Positions 43,407 to 54,468 of a stretch of DNA of 57,907 nt are shown one piece after another. Position 1 is the first letter of the stretch; every line of letters starts with the position of its first letter. The stretch comes from an uncultured Nitrososphaeraceae archaeon (GTDB taxonomy: Archaea; Thermoproteota; Nitrososphaeria; Nitrososphaerales; Nitrososphaeraceae), in contig CAWGVG010000052.1 in NCBI GenBank assembly GCA_963825865.1, forward strand, positions 1 through 57,907, given 5' to 3'. Both the position numbers and the translations under genes were made by a program. The notes under the pieces were generated by a model. The model was not told the DNA's origin, did not search any database, and worked only from the letters and a program-made list of their open reading frames with translations.

Positions 43407-44258
43407 CTATTGACCTTTTTCGTTATATAGCAGCTTTAATTCCTCAAAACTTAGCTTCGAGCCAGATGCTAGCTTTTTCTTTGCTGTTTCCTTTACCTTG
43501 AAGAGAGCATCATTAGGGAGCCCTTGCCCATATTCTTGACGTTGTTGTTTCCTCATTTCGGCCATAATGTTAAGGCGTGCATTTATAATGTCTAACTGAG
43601 TTATAGTTTCATTATATTTTTTTAAATACATTTCATGGTCAACAGCAAGCTGGCGTTTGGAGTCAAACAGTATATCAATTCTACTATTACATTCTGCAAT
43701 CTTTGTTTGTATGGATCGGCGTTCTTCATCAAGTAATTTTAAAGATTTGTTAATATTTTCTGATTGTATGCCAAATTGTAGTGATTGCTCTTTTATAGTC
43801 CGAATAGCTTTTATTGCTTCAAGCTTCATTGAAACCTCTTTTGTAGCAGTAAGAATTTCATCTTTTTCTCGTTCTTTTTTATAATTTTTTTGATCGATTA
43901 ATTTTTGATTGGCTTGTATAATTTGAAGTAAATGCTCTTCCGTTTCAGACGATACTCTAGATTCCATCATACTAAGGAAATTCTTGGACCGTGAAAGTTT
44001 TTCACTAATAGAATACAGTTGAGAATTATTAGATTGAATTTCCGTTTGGATCTCCTTTGACCTTTGTATCAACATATTAAGCATATTTTTCTCTTTATGA
44101 ACACTGTCATTTATAAGGCGAGACTGGTTCCTTTCGACCTCTATAAGATTACTGGTTAGTTCTTTTATATAACTAGATAATTTGCGTTTTAAGGAAACTA
44201 GTTCATCCCATCCCAATGATTCCAAATTATGGATTGGATTTTCATCTAAATTCGTCAA
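43407..44258 (-). CDS. Archaeal coiled-coil protein (COG1340-like)
   Basis: Long heptad-rich ORF ending AKKKLASGSKLSFEELKLL. Confidence 0.7.
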   Translation of the reverse strand: MTNLDENPIHNLESLGWDELVSLKRKLSSYIKELTSNLIEVERNQSRLINDSVHKEKNMLNMLIQRSKEIQTEIQSNNSQLYSISEKLSRSKNFLSMMESRVSSETEEHLLQIIQANQKLIDQKNYKKEREKDEILTATKEVSMKLEAIKAIRTIKEQSLQFGIQSENINKSLKLLDEERRSIQTKIAECNSRIDILFDSKRQLAVDHEMYLKKYNETITQLDIINARLNIMAEMRKQQRQEYGQGLPNDALFKVKETAKKKLASGSKLSFEELKLLYNEKGQ

Positions 44259-44834
44259 CTCAAATTATCCCTCTATACTTAAGAGCTATCATAACATAAA
44301 AATATACTGGGATAGCAAACATATCAATATTTTTAATATAGTACAATCCCGTCCATTAAAGCTTTAATGTGTACGACCTCGTTGTGTGAAAACATTCTTA
44401 CATTCTTTCTAAGAATGTGTATATTTATATAACAATGATTTACGGTGAACCATCATTGCAAATTATGAAAATAAATGGATAGGAAAATGCAATAACGAGT
44501 TACGCAAAAATATCCCTTAATGGGAGATATGAATTTAAAATGCGCTAAACATCAAAAACACAATTTGACTACCTTTCATATTCTTACCACATATGTATGA
44601 TATACTTTATTAATGAATGTTAGTGCTATTAAAAACTGATCGCTATAGATATAGAATCCTAATAAAGGAGTGATATTAGAGCGGGCTCGGTGGTTGCAGT
44701 TGTGTTAGTAATTCTAAAAAAGGATACGGTATTTACCATAAAATGAAAAGATATCGATTATGGCTACATAGACGATAACTCGAAATGCAAGCAAAGACTC
44801 TTTCAGGATTAAAGAAACCGCTTAACTCCAAAGA

Positions 44835-45916
44835 CTAATTAATAAATTTCTCTTCTGCTCCCTCTAAATTCTCCTTACTTCCACAACCAGTGAATCAACT
44901 GTCTTAATTTTTTCTCTGGTTTGCCCTGTTTTATGGCTGATCTGGCTATCTCAACTCCCTCACCAAGATCTTTTGCAGCATTTCCAATTACGAGCGCAGC
45001 AGAAGCATTCAAAACTACAATGTCTTCCTTCTCCCGACTTGCAATACCGTAGATAACCCGCAGAGTATCTCTTATTGACTCTTCCTTAGAATGTACAATC
45101 AATTGCTCTGATTTAGCAACTTGTATATTTACATCCTTTGGATGAAGCCGCACTCTTTTAATCTGTTTTCCATTCACCAGCAGAATATCATTTTCGCATG
45201 TATTGGAAAGCTCGTCAAAACCATCGTGAGCATGGACTACCATCACCTCATTTAGATCTGTGTTCTGCAAAGCATTCGCGATAGTTTCAATTAATGAAGG
45301 TTCAAAAACCCCTACCACTTGGCCGGAAATATTAGTACAAGGATTGCTTAACGGACCAACAATATTGAATGCACTTCTTATACCTATTGTTCTTCTTGCA
45401 GAAGCGACATTACGAATAGCAGGATGAAATTTAGGAGCATACAGAAAACCTATGCCTGTATTTTCAATTGCTTCAGAAACACTGGCAGGATTGGAATCTA
45501 AATCTAATCCAATATATTCAAGAAAGTCTGCACTACCGCAAAATCCGGAAAAGGACCTATTTCCATGTTTAGCTACTTTAATACCAGCAGCGCATGCGAC
45601 AACTGCAGCCGCAGGTACTGATATTAAACGATTTTATTATATCTCCTCCAGTTCCGCAGGTATCAATTAACGCTCCAGTGATTTTAGGTGTTATTTTTAT
45701 GGCATATTTCTTGACAGTTTGAAGAATTATTCTAATTTCTTGAGCCGTTTCGCCCTTCATCGCAAGTGCTACCAAGAATGCTGCAATTGACGCTTCAGAA
45801 GCTTTACCTTCAAGAATCAGATTAATTGACTGACAAATTTCACTTTCGGATAAATCTGTCCTAGAAACTAACTTAGGTATTACTAATCCTCAATCAGTAA
45901 TATGACTGCTGGTCAA
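44835..45916 (-). CDS. trpD: Anthranilate phosphoribosyltransferase, several frameshifts
   Basis: IDTCGTGGD...FNIST, AKHGNRS.SG..GSADFLE, FHPA...RSAFNIVGPLSNP, DGFDELS, VLNASAAL. Confidence 0.93.
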
Positions 45917-46504
45917 TCACCTCTTCACCAATGTGATAAAATTACGAAGTATTTTTGGACCTTCTCTAGTCAAAACAGATTCTGGATGAAATTGTACTCC
46001 TTCTATCAAATATTGCTTATGTCTCACTGCCATTACTTCACCATCGTCTAATGAGTGTGCTATAACTTTGAGACACTCAGGAATTTTCTTTGGATTGGCG
46101 ACTAGAGAATGGTAACGCGTAGCCTTGAATGGGTTACTAAGGCCTTCAAATAATTTATCAGATCTGTATTCAATATTACTCGTTTTTCCATGTCGCACTA
46201 TCTTGGCATTAACTACGTCACCACCAAAAGCATTAACTATTCCCTGATGACCAAGGCATACTCCTAGAATTGGTATCTTTGTTCCGAGGTCAGTTATTAT
46301 ATCAGTACAAATCCCAAAGTATTTGCGATCAGCTGGGTGACCGGGTCCTGGGGAAATAACCATTGCATCCGGATTCATTAATTGAATCTGTTGCAAAGTA
46401 ATTTTGTCGTTTCTAACTACTGTGGGAACGACTTTAAGCTCACCTAACAGATGTGCAATATTATATACAAATGAATCATAATTGTCTATTATGAGTACCT
46501 TCAT
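45917..46504 (-). CDS. trpG: Anthranilate synthase component II (glutamine amidotransferase)
   Basis: IDNYDSFVYN, ISPGPG, LGVCLGHQ, TRYHSL, GVQFHPES. Confidence 0.95.
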   Translation of the reverse strand: MKVLIIDNYDSFVYNIAHLLGELKVVPTVVRNDKITLQQIQLMNPDAMVISPGPGHPADRKYFGICTDIITDLGTKIPILGVCLGHQGIVNAFGGDVVNAKIVRHGKTSNIEYRSDKLFEGLSNPFKATRYHSLVANPKKIPECLKVIAHSLDDGEVMAVRHKQYLIEGVQFHPESVLTREGPKILRNFITLVKR

Positions 46505-46758
46505 TACTCGCTAGATAAGTGGTGTCTTCATCTCTATATATATTGCTAGATTTATATCGGATTCGAATTCGTATCCTCTGTAGATTAATATTTTATGATC
46601 CTCCTGCAGTTTTTCTCGATCGCCTTTGCTAGAGTGTCGCATTCTTTACTCGTTAATCTTATGGATAGATGATGGAAAAATAAACGAAAGAATGAATGAA
46701 GGATACATATATATAAAATATTGAAACTATTGTGAACTCAATTTAGCTCCAGTGATAA

Positions 46759-47805
46759 ATGTTGGTTAAGGTCTTCATAAATGGTTACGGCAACATTGGT
46801 CGCCGTCTTGCTGCTGCACTTTCAGCAGATAAAGAAATAGAACTTATCGGAGTTGCAAAGTATACTGCTGATGATAAAACTAAAGAAGCCTTGGAAAACA
46901 GATTTAATGTCTATGTTCCAAAAGCAATGGTAAAACAATTCAATGATAAATGCTATAATATAACTGGCACTATTCCAGAAGCTATCCAGCAAAGTGATCT
47001 TATAATAGATGCCGCCAAGGAAGGGGGTGGGTTTGATAATAAAAAAAATCTATATGAGCCGATGCAAAAGGCAGCTATTTTCCAAGGAGGAGAGGATAGA
47101 CATGGCGAACTCTCCGTAGCTGACATGATTCATAATTCAAGAGTAAATTATGACAAGGCAGCAGGTAAAACTTATGTTATCCAAGGTAGTTGTAACGTTT
47201 CCGGAATTGGAAGGATAATGCAGCCATTGATTGAAAAGTTTGGCAACAAGTTAAAAAGATATGATGTTACTCTTATAAGAAGATGGGCTGATCTTGAAGA
47301 TTCAAAAGTAGTAAAGGATTCTATTGAATGGGATAAAGACCCTCATCATCAAGACGACGTTAAAGATTTCATTCCATTATCAAATCTTTATGTTGAAGCC
47401 TACAAGGTTCCTTCTAGAATGATGCATTTGCATCAAATGTTAATCCGATTTGACGACAAAGCTCCAACCAAAGACCAGATAGTCGAAGCATTCCGTAATG
47501 AGTTTGGAGTCGCTATATTAAGTTCTGCCAAGGGAACTGCTGTTATTAGGGAAAAAGCCATGCAGCTTGGCTTTCCATATGGTGATACAAATATGGTGCA
47601 TATTCATCAAGAAGTACTTAGAGTTCAAGACGACACTATCAAGATTTCCTATTCCGACGATCAAACTGGCATGGTAATACCAGAAAACCATTTGCTATTG
47701 CAATCAATGATTTATAGGCGTCCTAGAAAAGAGGCAATCAAAAAAACTGATAACTTGTTTCATATCGAAAAGAAAAGAAAGATACTCGAAGAAGAATTCA
47801 AGTAG
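46759..47805 (+). CDS. gap: Archaeal type II glyceraldehyde-3-phosphate dehydrogenase
   Basis: INGYGNIGRR, AIFQGGE, GSCN (catalytic Cys), IRRWAD, HHQDDV, VIPEN. Confidence 0.93.
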   Translation: MLVKVFINGYGNIGRRLAAALSADKEIELIGVAKYTADDKTKEALENRFNVYVPKAMVKQFNDKCYNITGTIPEAIQQSDLIIDAAKEGGGFDNKKNLYEPMQKAAIFQGGEDRHGELSVADMIHNSRVNYDKAAGKTYVIQGSCNVSGIGRIMQPLIEKFGNKLKRYDVTLIRRWADLEDSKVVKDSIEWDKDPHHQDDVKDFIPLSNLYVEAYKVPSRMMHLHQMLIRFDDKAPTKDQIVEAFRNEFGVAILSSAKGTAVIREKAMQLGFPYGDTNMVHIHQEVLRVQDDTIKISYSDDQTGMVIPENHLLLQSMIYRRPRKEAIKKTDNLFHIEKKRKILEEEFK

Positions 47806-48015
47806 CGATATCCATACTTAAATACATAGCGTTGAGGAGAGTAAGCATAAACTAAGACTATCCATAGTGTTGTTATGGCTAGAAATGCCTTGAAGTTCAA
47901 GTAAACAAATGCCATTTGTTACCTGAAAAATGTGTGATAGTCTGGATGTTTTTCTCAATGGCCTTCAACTCTTTTTAACCTTATTATAATACTATATTGT
48001 CGAGGAGTAAAGCAT

Positions 48016-48147
48016 TTGAGTAATCAAGAAAAAAAGAAAAATGAAAAAGTCATAGAAGAATTAGAAGAGGCAGGAAAATTAAAGGAAGAAGATGAATCAG
48101 CAGAGGGAGGACCAGAATATGAAAATGAAGAGCCTCGACAAGGATAG
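48016..48147 (+). CDS. Small acidic hypothetical protein (43 aa)
   Basis: TTG-start ORF SNQEKKKNEKVIEELEEAGKLKEEDESAEGGPEYENEEPRQG*, with TTATTATAA and GAGGAG upstream. Confidence 0.45.
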   Translation: MSNQEKKKNEKVIEELEEAGKLKEEDESAEGGPEYENEEPRQG

Positions 48148-48244
48148 ATGGATAAAAGGTCACAAACACGATATGGATAATAACTGATTTAGCTTTAATA
48201 AGAAAAATAGCAAAGAAGCTAAATCAATTGAAATGAAATGTAGT

Positions 48245-48690
48245 TGTTCTACCTCACCTATGACTTTTCTATTCTACAAGTCTTGGCATTTTTCTTGCTT
48301 TAATAAAATTTTCACGAAGCATTGCTACAGTACCCATACGCGTGGATGGTTTGTTGCCTTCCACTCAACAGTATACGATGATTAAACCCTAATTCAGCTT
48401 TGACTCAACATCCATTATACGTGCTTGTAGATATCTTGAACAAAATTACGTATAAGGACAGCTTTTCAGCCTATGGTATTTCCGTTACCTGGTAATACCG
48501 CGGAATAAAGAAGACGACATTCTACCGATTCATTAAATGAAGGATCGTCCGTGTAAATACTATGTAATGCATTTGTCAAAGGATAAATTGAATTCATATT
48601 TTCATTAGCTTATTCTTTGCTGGGCTCATCTGATCTTACCATTGCAATATGACATTGCTGGATGTGAAATTCTCCTGTGCATGTATGTTT
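48245..48690 (-). pseudogene. Amidohydrolase-family internal fragment, heavily degraded
   Basis: Pieces read YPLTNALHSIY.DDPSF.ESVE, LYSAVLPG.GNTIG, PSTRMGTVAMLRENFIKARK, with many stops and shifts. Confidence 0.6.
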
Positions 48691-49128
48691 GCGTTTATTT
48701 TTAAGGTGCACGCATGAAACCATGTGCTACCAGTTAAAAAATAGTCACATGACCACTGTTAAGAAATATGTACGGTTGTTGTAAGATAAGCTTTTCTCGT
48801 AAATATGGTGTGAACGTCACGTCGGAAGATTAGAATTTGAATTATATTTTCAAAAGATTCTATATGTTAAAGAGCATACCATGCCATTTGCAGGAATAGC
48901 GGTTTAGATGTATTTTATATAATTAGACAATCTAAATTTAACTATTCTATATAGAATTCTATAGAGACTCATTTTATTCTACTGTAGATCATACGCAGTA
49001 GTGGGAGAGGGAGGAAGACATGCTACTAAAGATTTGTCGTCTATTGTTATTTCATAAATCAAAAGATTGAGGAAGAAAGTTTTTTTATTTACGATACTTT
49101 TTTATTTCAATATGGTTATAATTAATTT

Positions 49129-50964
49129 TTGAATGTAATGCTTTGGAATATCTTTTGTTCTTCTAAAAAGGCTTTTAAATTGATAGTAGTAGCAGCGGTT
49201 TTGTCTATTTTATTGATGGTAATTGCTGTTTTATTTAGTTATTCTTTTGCATCTGCGTCTGCTAGTTCATTTCCAGACATAGGACTTCGACTAACCCAAC
49301 AATTAGAAAATACAGCAATAACTGCAACAAGACAGTTGGATGTTTCTCAGAATAGTATATTTTCGAACATAAATCCATCTGTTACACAAGACAATAATGG
49401 TAGTAGTAGTACAGTATCATCAAACTCATTTAACTCAGATCTTGGGACAGAATCAAAAAACACGAATAACTGGATAACAGTCAATCATGACATCTATGGC
49501 ACTAGAAATAGCAATCAGACAATAATTAATAAGGAAAATGTAGCCACGTTGCAGATTAAATGGAGATTAATCAACGATGTTGAAATACAAGATCCCCCTA
49601 TAATTATAGGTAAAAAAGGCTACGTACAGGATTATGCTGGTACTGTTATAGCATTTGATGCTGATACCGGCGAAGTTCTATGGAAGATCAAAGCAGGAAA
49701 TGGCCCTACAATGGGATTGACGTTTAATAATGATACAATATATGCGACTACAGCATATAATGCTACTGTTGTTGCAATTAATGCGACAGACGGTGAAATT
49801 GTGTGGCAATCACCAGTACTTGGTAATCCAAAAATAGGTTATAATATTCCTTCTCCACCTATAGTATGGAAAGATTATGTAATAGTGGGTTCAGCAGGCG
49901 GCGATGTCCCCAATGGTGTTGGACTAGTACAAGGAAATATTACTGCACTCAACATTATTGATGGTAGCATAATATGGAATCTACATACTACCAAAGGAGA
50001 ATGGGTTAATCCACGCACAGCTCCTCCTTATAATGGTGACGCATCCGCCTGGTCTGGTGGCTCATTGGATCCGGAAACAGGAATCATATACATTCCGTTA
50101 GGAAGTCCATCCCCAAACTTTAACGCAACTACAAGACAAAGTCCTAATCTATATGCAAATCATATGATTGCTGTAAATGTCACTAACGGAAAAATAATAT
50201 GGGCTACACCGTTTATAGATTATGGAACTGTTCTAAATGCAAGGGTTCCTGACACACATGATTGGGATACGTCATGGGGAAGCAGTGTTAGCAAGGTTAC
50301 GTTTAACAATGGAACACATGCGAAAGTGGTCATAGGTCATGATAAGATGGGAAATGTCATTGCAATGGACGCATCTACAGGAAAAGAAATATGGTGGAAG
50401 ACGTTAGGAAAGCAGTACAATACAGATACAATTCCACTACCAAATGGCAGTGGCATGGTCTGGTCTTATGGAGTAGACGATTATCACGCAGTAGATAATA
50501 ATAGTAACACTCTCTTCATTACTGCTACAAATAGAGGTGTGAATTATTTCACAGATGGAATAGCTGGACATAAAATAGCTGCTCCACACACAATAAAACA
50601 AGGACATCTCAATGGAACAATAATTGCAATGGATTTAAGAACTGGGAATATTAAATGGAAATACCAGACAGCATTTCCACCAAGAGTTTCTCCATTAGTT
50701 ACCAACGGCATTGTGTTTACTGGTTATATCCCTTTTACAGAAAACGCAAAGAGTAGAACAAATCATGTGAAAACAACAAGTTCTGGCGTGATTTTGGCAT
50801 TAGATAAAGAAACCTGGGAAAAGCTATGGGAATATGATGTTAATGGTCCAATAGGTCAGGTCGGGCCTTCAATAGGAAATGGAATGCTTTTTGTACCAAC
50901 AGATGTATCTAAAGCGAAGGGTGGAGGAGGAGATGGAGCCATAGTTGCATTTGGACTGCGATAA
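49129..50964 (+). CDS. Secreted PQQ-binding-like beta-propeller protein (quinoprotein dehydrogenase-like)
   Basis: N-terminal TM/signal, repeated A(F/I/M/L)DxxTGxxxW blades, AWSGGSLDPETGIIYIPLGSPSP, DTHDWD. Confidence 0.85.
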   Translation: MNVMLWNIFCSSKKAFKLIVVAAVLSILLMVIAVLFSYSFASASASSFPDIGLRLTQQLENTAITATRQLDVSQNSIFSNINPSVTQDNNGSSSTVSSNSFNSDLGTESKNTNNWITVNHDIYGTRNSNQTIINKENVATLQIKWRLINDVEIQDPPIIIGKKGYVQDYAGTVIAFDADTGEVLWKIKAGNGPTMGLTFNNDTIYATTAYNATVVAINATDGEIVWQSPVLGNPKIGYNIPSPPIVWKDYVIVGSAGGDVPNGVGLVQGNITALNIIDGSIIWNLHTTKGEWVNPRTAPPYNGDASAWSGGSLDPETGIIYIPLGSPSPNFNATTRQSPNLYANHMIAVNVTNGKIIWATPFIDYGTVLNARVPDTHDWDTSWGSSVSKVTFNNGTHAKVVIGHDKMGNVIAMDASTGKEIWWKTLGKQYNTDTIPLPNGSGMVWSYGVDDYHAVDNNSNTLFITATNRGVNYFTDGIAGHKIAAPHTIKQGHLNGTIIAMDLRTGNIKWKYQTAFPPRVSPLVTNGIVFTGYIPFTENAKSRTNHVKTTSSGVILALDKETWEKLWEYDVNGPIGQVGPSIGNGMLFVPTDVSKAKGGGGDGAIVAFGLR

Positions 50965-51237
50965 ACAAATGGAAATAATAATAAGTACAAAACCCTACAT
51001 TAAACTAAACTAAATTTCGATTTGTTTGAGTTTAAGTATATTGTGGATTAACATACCTCTAGCACACTTCTAAAGTCACAATAATAAAAAAATGTAATCA
51101 TCATTGGAGGACATCTTTAAGGATCTTTCAATTACATACATCTCTCTCTTTCAATTTATCTGTCTAAATTAGCAGTATCATCAAGCAAAGAATATCTTGG
51201 AATCTAAAATCACACAGCAATACCAACAGTGAAAGTG

Positions 51238-51396
51238 CTGTTATACAATACTGTTATGTTACCATTATTAGTAACATATATCATCATAATGTTCCTTCTG
51301 TCAATGGTCTTATTGGAATCTGATCCTTTCTTGCTTTGAATTTATTGAATATATATACTGCTTGTGAAGGCTGCTGCTGAGATTGATCTTTTTCCT
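51238..51396 (-). repeat. Dispersed repeat, copy C
   Basis: Minus strand ASQAVYIFNKFKARKDQIPIRPLTEGTL* plus TATGTTAC-CATTATTA-GTAACATA palindrome. Confidence 0.85.
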
Positions 51397-51466
51397 CTAT
51401 TTCTATACTATGCCAATCTCGTCCTTTATTGCATCCCTTCCTTTCCTAGCACCAATTAGTATTATC

Positions 51467-52148
51467 GGCTCTGTTCACTTAATGATTTGTAATTCTTTAT
51501 TATGAAAGCCTACGAAAAGATTTAGCCAATTCTGTACATGCTTTAGTTTACAATTCTTTTTTTGTGCATGGAAAGTAATCACATCAAAGCTTTCGGTTCT
51601 ATCCTTAACATACTGCATAGTCCTTTCAATAATGCTTTTCTCATAAGAGGAATGAAGATGATGATGGATTATGTTCAAAAACTTACAAGCTGGTTGGTAC
51701 CAGTACCACCGTCTCTGTTGAGATGGGAGATGTTTGCCATGAATTTTGCATAGTTTTGAAATAAACTTTTCTGCAACAAACATATTTCGTTCCAAGGATA
51801 TACTAATTCCTAGAACCTCTTTTTTTGTTGGTTCTATGGCAATCCATAACCAAATATAGTTAGATTCCAACCTTGATGATGATGGTCTCATCAATTATAT
51901 ATGCCTCAATTTTTTTTCTTTTACTTGCTATTTTTTCTGGTTTGTATCTTTGTATCCAATTCCAGATAGAAACATGATTTCGTTTTATAAGGTAAGATAA
52001 TCTTTCAGATGCTCTTCTTAGTGATAGACCTGAAAAATACAAGTATAAGCCGTAGCATATATGTACTCTGAAGGTGTTCTTTTTCTGATATTCATAGTGT
52101 AAATAGAGCATCGTTAAGTGATAGATGTTCTGTTAAATGAACAGAGCC
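51467..52148 (-). mobile_element. IS6-family insertion sequence (682 bp) with 8-bp target duplication
   Basis: IR GGCTCTGTTCACTTAA / TTAAATGAACAGAGCC (15 of 16); GTATTATC at 51459-51466 and 52149-52156. Confidence 0.92.
51475..52111 (-). CDS. IS6 (DDE_Tnp_IS240) transposase, frameshifted
   Basis: GLSLRRAS...HVSIWNWIQ, IIDETIIKVG, WLWIAIEP, KSIIERTMQYVKDRTESFD. Confidence 0.88.
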
Positions 52149-52362
52149 GTATTATCTGTGCATTCTTATAAATGGAAAGACTGTAACCTGGTACAGGAAG
52201 AATAGCATGTCTATAGATGTAAAGTTACAAATATAGAAGTGCCTCCATTTAAGAAATAAGGATCCTACTATCAATAACCCACTTATAATCCTAAAATGAT
52301 AGTTTGAATGAATTATACCCTTATCTATTGTTAAACCAGAACAGCAAAAAAACTTTGCCAGG

Positions 52363-53206
52363 TTAGGGTATTCTCTTTGAAACCTGTGAAAAAAATATTT
52401 TGTCTGGAATATACTGTCGCATTTTAATTCCAATCTTTACTTTGGTAGAACCAACAATGTATCTATATTTTGGATTTGTTGAAGAAACAGCGTCTACAAT
52501 AACATTTGCAACAGAATTAGCTGGCAATCCCTGTGGTACGCTATACAAATATTTTCTGTATGCATCTGAAAACCTCGAAGACTTCTTTATCAAAGAGTCA
52601 GTCTTTGGTTTAGATACTGTAATGATATTAGTTTCAATTAAACCAGGATTAATATTAATAACTAGGATATTTGTATTCCATAGTTCAATCCTAAGAGCAT
52701 CAGATATTGCTTCTAATGCAAATTTTGTAGCTGAATATGCTCCAATTAATGGAAGCGATATTAATCCTGATATTGAGCTCACATTTATGATTCTACCTTT
52801 ATTTTTCAGCATTAATGGTAGAACTTTCTTTGTAAATCCAATAAGGCCGAAGAAATTTGTTTCAAATTGGTTTCTAAGATTCCGCCATAGTTATATCTTC
52901 AATTGCACCTGGTTCTACATAGCCTGCATTATTTACTATACCGAAGATTGTCTTTTCTTTAGCTTTTAAAATTATACTATTAACAATATCTTCGAATTTA
53001 TCAGGTTTAGCAATATCACATTCTATTGGAAAATAGTAATGATTGGCATTTTTTATATCTGTAGGTAATTCGGAGTATAGTCTATTCAATTGTTCATATC
53101 TTCTTGCTAATCCGAAAACTTGGTAGCCTGATTTGATAAGGTTTATAACAGCAGCTTTGCCAATTCCACTTGAAGCGCCTGTGACTATAATTGATTTCAA
53201 TAACAA
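52363..53206 (-). CDS. SDR family oxidoreductase, frameshift near 52875
   Basis: VTGASSGIG, VNNAG, NVSSISG, YSATKFA. Confidence 0.9.
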
Positions 53207-53480
53207 AAATCATCCAAAAATTAGATAAGAACTTTGTTGGCCTGTCATAAAGCCTACTATGAGAAGAAAAAGCATCATATGTTGTTGGAGTATCAAAATA
53301 AGAGGAACAGAAAGATGATTTTTTATTGAATACAACGTTTGAAGTCGTTATAAATCTTCATGTGGCATACATGTTAGCGCATTTCGATCCATGTCTTCTT
53401 GTAATACATTGAATCTGGTGGAGGAAGAACAGATACATCTAGCGATAAAATTTAAGTACTATCTAAATGCATTAATTGAT

Positions 53481-53863
53481 ATGCGCCGCATATTCAAATT
53501 TGGCGCCATTGGTGGAGTATCCTCAGCTACAGCTTTGATATTAATATTCGTTGTCTTTGCTATTCCGACAAAAGATTTTGCCATTGATATTGATCCTATG
53601 AAGGATAACCAGAACCTTTTTAGTACCTCTAGAGTAATGGTTGCAAATATTGGGAAAATGCCTCTTACAAACATAGTAGTGAACTATGCGGCGGCAACAA
53701 TGCAATTGAAAAAATTGCTTCTCTTTCACCAGGCGAGAAGGTGCTTCTTTCACCTCCTAGCAATTCTCCATTAAAATCAGTTACAGTTACTACAGATCAA
53801 GGCTTGAGTATAACTAAAGATTACAGAACTCCTATCAAACTTCCTGGTATGATGGGCTCGTAG
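53481..53863 (+). CDS. Membrane-anchored hypothetical protein with a small beta-sandwich domain, frameshift near 53688
   Basis: TM helix, then V.NIGKMPLTNIVVNY|GGNN..IASLSPGEK...PIKLPGMMGS*. Confidence 0.6.
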
Positions 53864-54468
53864 TCGCTCTGCTGCTCACCCTAAAAAAGGAGATTTTGTT
53901 ATCATTAATCCAAAAATGTTGTTCTATTCTATCTCTATATCCAATACCAAGTCCTATGAAACAAACTCGCCAATTGGAAAGCGTATTGAACGTTTGATTT
54001 TGTGACTTAGATTCTACATTTCAATGTTCCTTTATTGTGTGTATTCTCAAGTCCTTTTCATTATAGCAAATTTGATTACATAAATGGCATATGCTTTTAC
54101 TATATTTAGGATTTTTTCGTATTTTCAATTTCCTAAGGAAGCCTGCTAGATTTGTAAAACATCTCTCAATTCCTAGCATGTATTGATTTATGGATTACTG
54201 TATTATTTATTTTTTGATAGTCGATTAATTTTTCGTTTTCTATAGAGGCCTATTCTGTTTAAACGTTTACCTGCAACCTGCTGAGAGGTTGTGGTAACTT
54301 TGCCGCTTTATTATTATTTGATCGGGAAGTTATTTGCAATATACAAACATGATTTATGTAATGGATAAGATTTCTATATGTTGCAAAACTCCAAAATATG
54401 CCATTTTTGTACATATGCCTTATACCAAATGGGCTCTGTTAACTTACCGTCGGCAGATTTTATACAGT

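Noticed and set aside
52400-52969. 189-aa plus-strand ORF
   Set aside because: It is the antisense shadow of the SDR gene.
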